Positions 39,940 to 52,018 of a DNA stretch of 64,000 nucleotides are shown here, one piece after another. The position numbers and the translations under genes are program-made. Position 1 is the first letter of the stretch; every line of letters starts with the position of its first letter. The DNA is from Geosiphon pyriformis uo1. Its lineage: Eukaryota; Fungi; Glomeromycota. The notes below the pieces were generated by a model that worked only from the letters and a program-made list of their open reading frames with translations, did no database searches and was not told the DNA's origin. The stretch covers positions 242,052 through 306,051 of the forward strand of contig JAAOMT010000183.1 in the NCBI GenBank assembly GCA_016748015.1, read 5' to 3'.

Positions 39940-40535
39940 CAGTGGTTTATAAATTATAAATTAATTAAAAAATGAACAAACGAGAAAATCAACAATAACT
40001 TGGTCGCGTTTCTTATTGCACTATTTAGATTGTCTTAATACAAATAATTAAAGAAAAGAATTTTTTTTCTAATTATATATAATGAACCTGGAAGAAAGTC
40101 CTCAGAAATGAATTAAAAATCTTTTTTTAATAAAATAGTAACAATAATAATAATAATTATTATTATTATGACCCACCTTTTTATAGAAAAACGCATAAGA
40201 ATATATATCATTCTTGAAAAAGGTTATTCTACCCGAAAAGTTGCTTTTCATGAAGTTGTAACAAAATCTTTTTGGAAGAATTCTATAGAGTGGGTTTTAC
40301 AGGAAGATAATGATCGAAAGCATTGTTCAAAAAAAGTGGCTCATTGGAAAGAGCAAAATGATGTTAAATTTTTTGGAGGTTGACAAAAATTAATAAAGCA
40401 AAAAAAATCAATTCTTTTATAGGATTAAATGTGCAATTAGCAAAACAATAAAATTATTAACTGATAAGCTTGCTACAAATCTTGTTCAGAGTATGAAAAA
40501 TCGAGTCGAGGCATCAATTGAAGTTAGGGGGGGGG
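39940..40535 (+). mobile_element. Internally deleted Tc1-like element
   Basis: Possible left end TA|CAGTGG at 39940. The ORF joins HTH-like GYSTRKVA directly to WVLQEDNDRKHCSK..WKEQNDV. The downstream LATNLVQSMKNRVEASIEVRGG matches a Tc1 transposase C-terminus. Confidence 0.75.
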
Positions 40536-40938
40536 GGATTTCATTCATCGTTTAAACCTTTTTTAAGCAGTTTACATTGTCCTACGACCCTTAAAGTTCT
40601 ATTCTAAAACCTTGTAGGCTTTAATTCCCTTGCATTAACTTAATTTTACACTTTCTCTTTGCCTTTTGCATGTTTCCCTGAACCTGTGGTTACACTTATG
40701 CACACATTTTATATGCAAGAGGCAAGCATTAATACCAACAAAATTAAAAATTCTACTTGTGCGCGTAAAATTGTAAAAAGTAATGAAAAATGTTTTCATT
40801 CATGTTTTCCTCTTAAAAAACTCTACGAGTTAACTGCTATAGAGAAAATAATTGTAGAAAAAAAGTTTCGAATAAATAATCTTCTTATTTTCTAGGTTTT
40901 TTTGACCAAATTTCAAATTGCTTTTTCGAATTAATTAA

Positions 40939-43900
40939 ATGCTTAAAATTAACCTTATTTGAGAAAGATATATTACTCACTAAAAGCTCACCAAATGACG
41001 CCATCTGGAATTCGCGTCCAGTTGCCGATTTTATCTATTCTTTAGACTGTTCAGGCACACCGCTAGGCCCTATTGAGACATGGTCTAATTGCTTTAACAT
41101 AAATTGAAGAGGTAGAAATTTTAAAAATATGTTCCACTCCTTAGAATTTTTCGAATAAAATTATTACATTTCTGATTCGGTTATTTATAGAAACTTTGTC
41201 TCCACTCGGTATTTCCAATGACAATGTACATTGGACCTGAAAGATTATTAATCTATAATGAGAGTAAGTCCCTACAAGATATAACTTAAACATACTAAAG
41301 AACCTTACGTGATGTACAATAAATCAAAATATTCGACTAACGCATGATTTTATATTTTTGCTCAATTTTTCAGTGTGTGTGCCTTTACTGCAAAATAAAC
41401 ATCCTCACGGTAGGAATATTATTTTTATTCTAGACCCCCCCCCCTCCCCGCCGCTTATAGAAATATATCTTGTTTAAGTGTTATGAATTTCTTTTTACTC
41501 AACTAAAGTCGCTTCTAAGGTATTGAATATTATTGAATTCCTCCTCCTTTTAGCATTAGGGAAACCGGCCAGGGAAGTTTGGCCCGATACATGGTGTCAA
41601 ACGAAACATTTGTTTGAAAAGTAAATTTTTTATTTTTTTAAGAAATAAAACTTAAATTCCCCATGAACTGATTTTAAATTTGACAAAACCTAAATAGCAT
41701 CTCATCATCGGGTGAAGGAAAATTTATTTATGATCATAAGGCTTGTGTTGAGAGGGCCGGATATAATGAAGAATGCTACTTTACTTTCTCGTATAGTCCA
41801 ATATTTGCTCAGGATAGAACAATTATCGGGTTTATAAGTGTAGCATATGAAACAACACAAAAGGTAGTATATGCTCGTCGTCTCAAAACATTAAGCGAAT
41901 TAGGAAATAGAACTTCTGGTACGTGTTTGAGAAAAGTTTAGCATTTCAAAAATCGTCAAATCAAATCGTGCTAAATGAATTTTACTTGAAAGGCACGAAA
42001 TCACTTGAAACTTCCTGTCATTTAGTCGCAAATGTTCTTCAGGTTCATAATGTTGACATCCCCTATCCCTTGATTTACCTTATCGAGGAGAAAAATCAAG
42101 CTGATAAAAAAAGACAAGATTCTATAGTCCACTTAGCCGCAACAACCTTTGATGAAAACGTACTCGCCCAATCTAGTGGAGATGGAGTCGACGAATTGAT
42201 ATTTGTAACGGGACAATCTGAAAGGATCCTACAGGATCATTTACTCAACTCACCTGATTCGTTTAATATCACTGATGGAATAGTAAAACGTTCTAACGGA
42301 ACGGACAATATCGGCGATCAACTTTCTAAAGAATTACCAACAGTCAAAGATAATACATTTTCACCAAGTCTTTCTTCCTCATCCAATCTCATTACATGGC
42401 CTCTTGGAGAAGTCATCAAAACCAATGAATATGTTGTCGTTAAACTCGCTAATGAATCTCGGGCAATCCTTCTTCCTGTATCAACATCCTTTTCTGGGAA
42501 AAATATTTTGACCGCCATTCTAATATGTGGCATTAATAGCCATCGCGCTCTTGACAAAGAATATTTAGAATTTTTCAAGGTCGGTGCTTAAGAAATTTCC
42601 AAATTCCAGGGAGCATTATGCACTCTAATGCTATTTTCATTATTATTTCATCAGCTAGTAGTTGGTCATTTCAGCTCTAGTTTGAAAAATGGACGTTCAC
42701 GTGAAGAAGAAAGAAAGAAAGCAAAAATTTTAGCCGATCTTAATCGTCAAAAGATTATGAACATTTGTCATGAATAGTAAAATTTATGATTTCATATGTC
42801 TATTTTTTATTCTTCTTATTGTAAGATAGTTTGCCTTTTCCATTATTAGTCCCACTTGAGGATGTCATTGCCACATGCGAACCAGATTCTTTAATTCTTT
42901 TCAATTTAGAAATGATTCAACGCAATTCCCCACGGTTATTCAAATTGGTAAACACGCTGTTACAGGTTGGCCCAAAATCCAAAATATTACTCGTGTGTTT
43001 TTGCCAAGTATTTATAGCAAACAACTATCAAACTTTGCCAAATTTTCTAGTTCTCGCGTATTGAAGCAGGTCATGTGAAAGCATATTATTGTGAAACGGA
43101 AATCGCTGGGGTCACTAGGGAATTGGTCTTAAACTTTCAGAGCATGGCTAGATCATTTGGGTTAACTCTTCCAATCGACATCCCAGTCGATGAAGTCTTA
43201 GAAAGTCAATTAGAGTGCGAAGTCTATCTTGATTTAGACTTGTATGAAAAGATCATATTTAATTTATGTAATATTTAATTTTTATTTTAAATTTGGACGG
43301 CTAACATATTTCTAATAATTTTAATCACTCTTTCTCCAATTTACATAACACACATGAGATGGAGGGGTAACTATACATCTTTACCCTGGAAAAATAGAAT
43401 CTCGTGAGGTGGTTTTTATAGAAGTTTCTGATAAAGGTTTGTTTGCCTTTTAATTTCATTTGGAGGGATTTTTTTATATCCTGGCAAATTCTAAAATTTT
43501 TCACTCCAAAGGTGTCGGACTCCCAAAAGAGATCCTCCCAAATATTTTCCAGCGTTTTTATCAAGTTCAATCAAAACAATCCCGCAGTCATGAAGGCACC
43601 GACATTGGACTTGCTCTTGTTAAAGAATTAATAAAACAACATGGAGGAGATATAAAAGTGACTTCACAAGTCGGTGTTGGATCTACATTCAAAGTTTAGA
43701 TCCCAACTGGAAAAGATCATTACCAAAAAATAATATTATAAAAAGGAATAATCCAAGTCCATGGAATACCCAATTTAAAACCTTTGAGTTATATTTAGAA
43801 GAAACCAAACAATGGATCACGACCAAACATGAAACTCGAGATTTACACTCAAAATTAGAAGATGATAAGAAAATGATGGACCATTTAAAGACTTTGTCTA

Positions 43901-46900
43901 TCGCCTCGCCAAAATTAGATGCCTCGAAAGAAACTTTGGGTCTAACTATAGAAGAGGTTTCAAGTGATTTGCAAATACATTATAGGGTTCTTATAGCTGA
44001 AGATAATGCTGATATGGGGTAACAATTAAAAGCTCCTTTCATATATCTCACCATGATGGTGTTTTTTTTTAAAAAACCTTCATAGGTAATGTTCGGATTT
44101 TTTTACAAAATTTAGAAACTATCTCACCAAGATTCTCGAATCTGAGTTTGACGTTATTTACGCGTGCGATGGCCATGATGCTCTCAAGATCATAAATAAT
44201 GGTGTTAAGTGGTACATTTTTAAGTTGATTTCTTTTTGTTTTTTTGAATTATATCCTATATTCACTTAATTTTTCATAACAGATATCATGATGCCTAGCA
44301 TGAATGGCTTTGAACTTTTGAAAATCATACGCTCTGATCCATTTACTCAAACAATTCCTGTAATTCTCTTATCCCCAAGAGCAGGTGAAGAAGCGAGCGT
44401 GGAAGGTTCGTAATAACTCAAAATCTTTTGATTTCATATTAATATCTAACCGTGCTTAGTTTAAATTTTAAGGACTCGATAAAGGTGCTGATGATTATAT
44501 GACCAAACCTTTCAAGCCCCTTGAACTAATTGCCCGTGTACGAGCTAATATCAAGCTGTCAAAAGTATGTAATGAGCTCGTAGCTCAACAATATCAACAA
44601 AACCAAGAGCAACAGTTATTATTTTCTATTAGCAACAAAATTTATTCCGGATTAAACACTCAAGAAATCTTATCAATGGCAGTCGAAGAGCTTAATCGAA
44701 TTATCACCTGTGATTCGATACTTGTCCTCTTAAATGATCCAATGAATAAAGGCATGGCGAAAATTATGGCTGTTTCGACTAACTACGCAGAAATACAGGC
44801 TCTATTGGGCATCCAAGTTCCTTATAGAGCAATTGGTGAAAATCAAACATGACTTGATCAATTGGATATATTACCAGAAATCAATTCGTCTTTGTCATCC
44901 CTACCTGAGTCATTAGTTCCAATCAAAGGTAATTCGGTTCCACTTGTTAACAGAACTTATAAAAAAAGCAGTTTTTCTGATTCTGAAGTCCAAACCTACA
45001 CAAATCATTTTTCACAAGTCCTTAATCAACCTGTCTCTTCAATATCGGTCGCTATTCACCTTAACTCTTCTTGTTGAGGGTGGATCTTTGCTCATCGAAA
45101 ACCCAATCAAACTTGGTCTAACGTTGAGAAGATATTCTTGCAACAGGTTTCAAATCAAATCAGCCTGGTTATAACTCATAACAACCTTACTGAAGAAAAT
45201 TAAACCATGAGGCACAGATGGAAGCAGTCAAAGCCGCAAATAAGGCCAAAAGCCAAATTCTCGCCAATACTTCTCATGGTATGTTAAAGATGTTCTCGAT
45301 ATCCCAAAAAGAAATTGATACTGAAGAATAATCTCTTTAGAATTACGTACACCCTTGGGGGCTATCATCGGAGTTTTATCTGCCTTTGAGGATACGCGTC
45401 TCACTGCCGATCAAAAAGATATGGTCCGAATACTGGATCATGCTTCTGATGTAGTTCTTGCCATCATAAATGATATTCTGGACGCGGCGAAACTTGAAGC
45501 TCATAAGATTACCCTCAACAATCGAACCTTCGATTTATTTGACCTTGTCGAAAAAACCGTTGAAATTTTTGGGGAAAGTGCTGGCGCCAAACACATTGAA
45601 TTAGTGTTACTCTCTGAAAGGTCGAATGAATTACCGAAATATGTGAAGTCTGATCCTGAAAGGTAATAAATTTTGCTTTAAAGTTATGGCATATTATTCA
45701 AAATGAAATCTAAATTTTCATGAATTGGGTATTAATAATACAGGTGCAACAAATTTTAATAAATTTGTTATCAAATTCGTATGTAGTTGACTTTTTATAG
45801 CATTGAATTTTTAGCTTTCTGCTTTTGAAAGACTTATAAAGGTTTATTCTAGCGTAAAATTTACCAAATCTGGAGAAATTGTACTTAAAATTTCTTTGGC
45901 TTCATCTCGGGATACTGAAATTAAAACGGGTGGATCCAATAGTAAACAGACGGATTTAACAAATGTAGTCCTACTTTTTGAATTAAACGATACAGGGATT
46001 GGGTAATATGCATTTGAAATACATTTATCTAGTTTTCAAAAGAAGCCTAAGTTGAAAAAACCTTTTAACCTTGAATAATTTTTTAGGATCGATCCAACTT
46101 TCATTAAAGATATTTGGAAAAGCTTCTCACGAGGTGATTCTTCAATAACTAGAAGTCAAGATGGCACTGGCTTAGGTCTATCGATTTGCAAAAATTTAGT
46201 AACTATTAACGGAGGCAATATAGGAGTTCGGAGTGAGCTAGGAAAAGGCAGTCACTTTTGGTTTACTTGGAATGTAGAATTTCTTGCATTGGATGGAACG
46301 TCATCGACATCATCTACTCAAATGACACCTATTGAAAGAATTTTAGTTATACCACCCATAGTAAAATCAAAGAAAATTTTCATTGTTGATTCGGTTGAAG
46401 CCTCTCGATCTGCTATGGTAACAATGCTTAGTTCTAGCGTTCAAAAAGTTGAAGCATTTGAAGATGGCTCCAAGGCAGTAATAGCCACAAAAGCTTTGCG
46501 TGATCAATATCACTGCTCACCATGTGATGTAGTTTTCTTTAATGTTGATGAAAAAAATGCTGACCAAGTATTAACGACGGCAAAAGAATTTCAATCCATT
46601 TGTGGAAAAGACAGATTAGCTATTGGATTATTCGTATTTCGATCCTTGGAAGGCTATGCTTTGGGCAAAGAATTAACAAGAAAAATTGGTGGTCATACGG
46701 CGGCATACTGTAAACCTATCATGCAACGACGATTACTAGACTGTTTGCAAAATATGGAGCTTTCTAATTCAGCCAAAATGGATGAACACAAGCCAACAGT
46801 CGGATTATCTGTTCGATTTCGAGTTGAAAATTTTGGTTATCAAAATCCCCCAAAACTTTATAGCAGCCCGGAATCTCCGATCATCAGCAACTTGCATGTT

Positions 46901-47762
46901 GAGGTCAAAGAAGTTAATGATGTCAAAGTTGGAACAATGCAGAAGATTTCAGCTTTATCATCAAGTTATTCCCCCTCTGAAGAAATATCAAAGGCAATAA
47001 CAAAATCAGTTGCTTCAAAACTACCGAAAAAGAGATCCGCTTCCAATGGAATTCAAGACCTAAAATATTTAGAATCATCTAATAAATCTCGAAATCGAGC
47101 CATCTCACAGTCAAAGTTAATTCTATGCGTAGTATGTGGGTTTCTCTATTGTTGATTTTCTAACATAAATTCCTAATCTGACGACTTTGGAATAAATCTT
47201 GATTTTTAGCAGCATAATTCTAACAATTTGAAGTCTTTATGTCTCTTCGGTATTCTACTTATATCAAAAATGCGGATATAGAAGTGACTACATTTCAATT
47301 GGTCATTTAGGTTATTCAACATCAGCTTACCACTTTGGCTACCAATCATTATGTGTCATGAATGGGCAAGAAACAGTGAATATAATGCAAGGAGAAGTCG
47401 GCGCTTCTATTGAATCTGCTGAGGGCTCGAATCGGCAAAATAAAATATCCTTGATTCTAATGGATTGCACTATGGTAATTTTTTGTTTTACTTGAGTGAT
47501 TAATTTCTAAAATTCTTATATTTTGCGATAATATCAAGCTGCTTTTTCTGCTATAGCTAAAAATGTCAGGATTTGCTACGTCCAAAGCCATTCGTGCTTT
47601 AGGTCACCTCAATCTGAAATTCCTATTGTTGCATTAACCGCTTCTGCCGATAAAGACACTGGATATCAATGTTTAGAAAATGGAATAAATGATTATCTTT
47701 CAATGCCGTTGAAGATTTCCCAACTTAAGGATAAGCTAGTCCAATCGATTAGTGACAATTAA
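40939..47762 (+). pseudogene. Dual hybrid histidine kinase pseudogene (PAS-GAF-HisKA-HATPase-REC-GAF-HisKA-HATPase-REC-like-REC)
   Basis: Motifs D[C]SGTPLGPIETW, EECYFTFSYSPI, ARRLKTLSELG, degenerate H-box KIMNICHE*, IFQRFYQV..HEGTDIGLALVKELIKQHGG, VLIAEDNADM, DIMMPSMNGFELL, GADDYMTKPF, LANTSHELRTPL, DTGIG, DGTGLGLSICK, LMDCTM, IPIVALTA. In-frame stops at about 43697, 44850 and 45075, with frameshifts near 45200 and 47610. Confidence 0.88.
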
Positions 47763-49422
47763 ACAACCTTCAAACCACATTTAAGAACTAAGGCAAAAAT
47801 ATAAGAGCAATGAGAATCTCCTAATTTAAGATTTTTCTCTTTTCAGCTCTACATTTAATTGTAGAATTCAGCATATAAGGTCTATAATGAAGACTTGACT
47901 GTATTTTATCACAATACCCAATTTCAAGCCCACATCATCTTTTTTTACACGCAACATATATATTTTCCTAGATAGCTCTTACCTAAAATTTAAGAGATAG
48001 AACGAATTTTACTTTGGAAATATGTTTTAAAGTAAATTTCTTTTTTGAAATATGAAAATTTTCTAATTCTATGGTTTTAAATCGTAAAAATAACAAATTA
48101 AAACGATTATATAGTATGAAAAATTATATTAATTGAGATAATAAAAGTCGCAAATTCAAAATTATTTTTAAAGAAAATATAAATTGGGGGGAAATTCTCT
48201 TTCATAAAAAATATCAATAGAATATAAGATGAAACAAATAAGTAGCATATTAATTACGTAAAAGATCTTGAGATAATTGAAAATATTTAAATGCTGTATT
48301 TATATATATTGTTATTACAAATAATTATCATATATATTAATAAGTTTATAAATTAAAGTTTTGTTAATACAGAGGATAATCAATATTAAATTAACAGATA
48401 ACTTTATTTATACATATAAATCTCAATTTTATGATTAAATTTAGAATTTTAATTACAACATAATAAAAAAATGATCATTTAAAAAAAAAACTTTTTTAAA
48501 TCACTTAATGCATTTAATTAAATGATAAGAATGATTTGATTTTTCATATATTTTGTGCTTTTTAAAGTTGGTTTTAAACAATCTTTATGATGGTTTTCAT
48601 ATTATATCCAATTTTTTTAATAATTTTAAATCACTTTTTTTATTATTTGTTTTTAAATTAAAAAATTTTGAAAATATAAGATTAAAAACCATATAAAATT
48701 AAATTTTTTTGGTTTGATCTAAATAAAATTTTAATTGAATCAATACTATAAACAGTCATCATAAGCAGAATTCTGTTATAGATTCGTTTTGATTAAAAAT
48801 TATTATAATTTATTTATATTACAATTGGTACTTATTAAATTACAATTGAAATTTATAACCACTTTTTAATAACTACCTAAAAGGTTTCATTTGATAATAA
48901 ATTTCCATCATTCCTAGAAAGTTTAATAATTTTTCTAGAAATTGGATTTCATAGTTATATTCGAAACTAAAATCTCATTTTTATTCTCCCGAGTTATTGT
49001 CAAAAAATTGATTATATATATAATTAATACTACTTCCTAAGCAAAGAAAAACAGAATAACAGTGATGGCACCGAGGCATAAAAGCCGCAAATTCTAGTAA
49101 AACGTATACTGGCTATTGCTGAGCCAATTTTAATGCTAAAATAGTTGATTAGTAAAACGTTTCCAAGTTTAATATCTTTCTTGAATAAAGCATGTAAATC
49201 AACCGATTCAAGATTTACCTTACTCTTAAATGATTTTAATTTGCTTCTAATAATATTTTGGCAATTTAATTTGAATTCAAATTTAGGTATGCCATGGGAT
49301 AGAAATTGAAAAAAACATATCATGGCAATTATTTTTTTGATTCACAATTTATACCTTTGATTTTTATTTAGCAAAGATCACGACAAAAACTGATTACATA
49401 AAAAATTAAATTATGTGATTAG

Positions 49423-49452
49423 TGATTTGATGATTTGATGATTTGAGATTTG
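49423..49452 (+). repeat. TGATTTGA x3 tandem repeat about 120 bp upstream of Myb-D
   Basis: Three exact 8-mers plus a partial copy are directly visible. Confidence 0.7.
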
Positions 49453-49570
49453 TCACAAACGAAAACGGCAAAGATAGTCGACGAGTTTGCTATTTATTCA
49501 AAAAATCTTTTGTGTAGATTTTCACAGCCTGTCCTCTTTGATTTACCTCTCTAAAATTTAAATTAATAAA

Positions 49571-52018
49571 ATGCTTTTAGTGACGAGATCGTTTCGAATA
49601 CTTAATTTTACAAAGCATGTTTTAGCCACAAAAAATTTCATCACTTCAAAATCTTTTATTTCACAGATGCCGAAAATTCTTATCTTAAAGCAGTGGACCG
49701 CGGTTGAAACCAAAAAGTTGATGGATGGTGTGAGAAAATATGGCACAAATTGGGAATACTTACAAAATACCTTTTTTCCAGAAAGAAAACCTCAAGATTT
49801 GGAGCGAAAATATCGGCGAGAAATGGAATATTTCTCACCTAAAAAAAAGCTACCTATTCGCAAAGGTACACGGAAAAAATCTAATTCCCCACTTGTTGCG
49901 ATTTGGACACCGAGAGAGGATCAAAAGTTAAAGGAAGCTGTCGAACGACATAGTAGAAAATGGGATATGATCTCCGAAGAGTATTTCCGGTCAAAAAGAA
50001 CACCAGAAAGTATAAGAAATCGATATTTTATCATTTCATCAGATACAAGATTCGTCCAAGGTAGCTCTGACTGGAATTCTCAAGATTCACAGAAATTAAA
50101 AACAGCAGTGGAAAAACATGGCCGAGATTGGGCATTTATCACACAAGAATACTTTGATTCAAAGTGGACCCCAGCCGCTTTATTTGTAAGATTTTGCCAA
50201 ATACAGAGAAAAGAGGCCGTTAATGAAAGAATTCAAAACCCGGAATCACATATTACTTTCGATACTCAACCAAATATAAGGCCTTCAGTCTTAACTATTC
50301 CTCCAACGACGGGAGTCCCTTTAGTCAAAAAAATAGTTGCAGCGAAAAAAACTAATCTAGTCGTACAAACATCCCCAATTGAACAAAGCAATGCACCAGA
50401 AAAAGTAATAAATGCAGGGGAAAAAGATCCTATAATTAATCAAAATCGCGTAGCGACAGTAAAACCTTTAATTAAAGAAATATCTCGAGGAATAAATTTG
50501 CCCACAATAAAAGAGCTATCTCAACCTAAAGCAGTAACTGCAGTGGATGACAAAAATCTCATAGTGAAAGCAACACCCTTAATTAAAAACATATCTCAAA
50601 TCACGGAAAAGCCTATTGTAAAAGGGTTTTCGCCAACGATAGAAATCTCGACAAAAAACCAAATTCCGTCTGTGGCAAGATTTTCTCGAACGAAAGCATC
50701 CGAGAATGAAGAAATAAATCAAGAAAAAGAGATGCCTAAGATTAAAGAGCCTTTGCAAAACAAAGTTATAACATTAATCAAAGAAATACCTGAAATGAGA
50801 AAATCGCTTAATATCAAAGAGCCTTCGAAAACCAAATTAATATCAACAACATCTGTAATGAGAAAACCACCTACAATAAAGGAGTCTTCACAAATCAAAA
50901 TATCACTAATCAAAGAAATACCTGAAGCTAGAGAAACACCAACCAAAGCAATATCACCATTCAAAAAAATTTCTCTAGTGAAAAAAGCGCCTATTGTCAA
51001 AGAGCCTGCGCAAAGCAAATCAATATTACCAGCCAAAAAAACATATGAAGCTATTAAAGAGCCTTCGCAACCCAAGTTAATATCACTGGTCAAAGAAATA
51101 AGTTTAATCCAAAAGCCTTCGCTAAACGAATTAAGATCCTCAGTTAAAGAAATACCTATAATCCAAAAACCTTTACAAATTAAATTAAAAGAACCATTTA
51201 AAGAAATACCGAAAGAGACAAAATCGCCTCCCGTGAAAGAATTTTCGGAAACCAAAGTAATAACACCAGTGAAAGAAATACCTATAGTGAAAAAAACGTC
51301 TACCATCCCAATAAAATCATCAATCAAAGTGAGAAAACCGCCTACCAAAGTAACATCACCAGTTAAAGAAATACCTGTAGTTAGAGAGTTATCAAAAGCA
51401 GAGTTATATCTAGTAGTACAATTAATAAAAATGAAAGAGCAAGGCCCATCGTCATATAAAACTCTGTCAACAGGACTGATTTGTGAAAATGAAATTCCTC
51501 TTGAGATAGGTACTTATTCAGCGAAGAGGAGTCGGTTAAGTAAGTGTATAAACGAATTGTTGAAATCTGCCTTCATTTTTCTCACTTTTGATTTATTTTA
51601 TTTAGGTCAAAGCCTAGCCATGGAATTTCAAAAGGAATATAGTCGTCATCGAATTCGGCTTTCGAAAATATTACAAAAGCTAGTTGAAATCGATTCGCCC
51701 ATAGGAAATAAAAAAGTTTATTATTCTCCATCTATCAGTTCCGGAAAAGACAAGAATCAAACCTCTAGCGCACCTACCGAGTTGAGTGAAGAAGACAAAA
51801 CTAGGCTTCGTTACCATGAATTGCTCCATCCGACCATACCCATAGTACATGTAAATCAGGGTCCATTCAATCCTGATGAAAAGATGGCTTTTGATTACGC
51901 CTTCTTGAAGTATGGAGATAGTTGGGATGAAATATCTGAGAAAGTTGGGTCTAGAACCCCACAGCAATGCATGTTGCATTGGCGTAGTTTAAAAACTTCC
52001 AAACAATTGGGGAAATGA
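49571..52018 (+). CDS. Multi-repeat Myb/SANT protein (Myb-D): presequence-like N-terminus, 3 Myb repeats, K/P/I/E-rich repeat spacer, C-terminal SANT
   Basis: QWTAVETKKLMDGVRKYGTNW, IWTPREDQKLKEAVERHSRKW, DWNSQDSQKLKTAVEKHGRDW, repeated (I/V)KEIP units and a C-terminal GPFNPDEKMAFDYAFLKYGDSWDEISEKVGSRTPQQCMLHW. Probable 96-nt in-frame intron at 51510-51605. Confidence 0.92.
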   Translation: MLLVTRSFRILNFTKHVLATKNFITSKSFISQMPKILILKQWTAVETKKLMDGVRKYGTNWEYLQNTFFPERKPQDLERKYRREMEYFSPKKKLPIRKGTRKKSNSPLVAIWTPREDQKLKEAVERHSRKWDMISEEYFRSKRTPESIRNRYFIISSDTRFVQGSSDWNSQDSQKLKTAVEKHGRDWAFITQEYFDSKWTPAALFVRFCQIQRKEAVNERIQNPESHITFDTQPNIRPSVLTIPPTTGVPLVKKIVAAKKTNLVVQTSPIEQSNAPEKVINAGEKDPIINQNRVATVKPLIKEISRGINLPTIKELSQPKAVTAVDDKNLIVKATPLIKNISQITEKPIVKGFSPTIEISTKNQIPSVARFSRTKASENEEINQEKEMPKIKEPLQNKVITLIKEIPEMRKSLNIKEPSKTKLISTTSVMRKPPTIKESSQIKISLIKEIPEARETPTKAISPFKKISLVKKAPIVKEPAQSKSILPAKKTYEAIKEPSQPKLISLVKEISLIQKPSLNELRSSVKEIPIIQKPLQIKLKEPFKEIPKETKSPPVKEFSETKVITPVKEIPIVKKTSTIPIKSSIKVRKPPTKVTSPVKEIPVVRELSKAELYLVVQLIKMKEQGPSSYKTLSTGLICENEIPLEIGTYSAKRSRLSKCINELLKSAFIFLTFDLFYLGQSLAMEFQKEYSRHRIRLSKILQKLVEIDSPIGNKKVYYSPSISSGKDKNQTSSAPTELSEEDKTRLRYHELLHPTIPIVHVNQGPFNPDEKMAFDYAFLKYGDSWDEISEKVGSRTPQQCMLHWRSLKTSKQLGK

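Noticed and set aside
50719-51348. 209-aa antisense ORF
   Set aside because: It is the shadow of the repetitive Myb-D spacer codons, with no independent motif.
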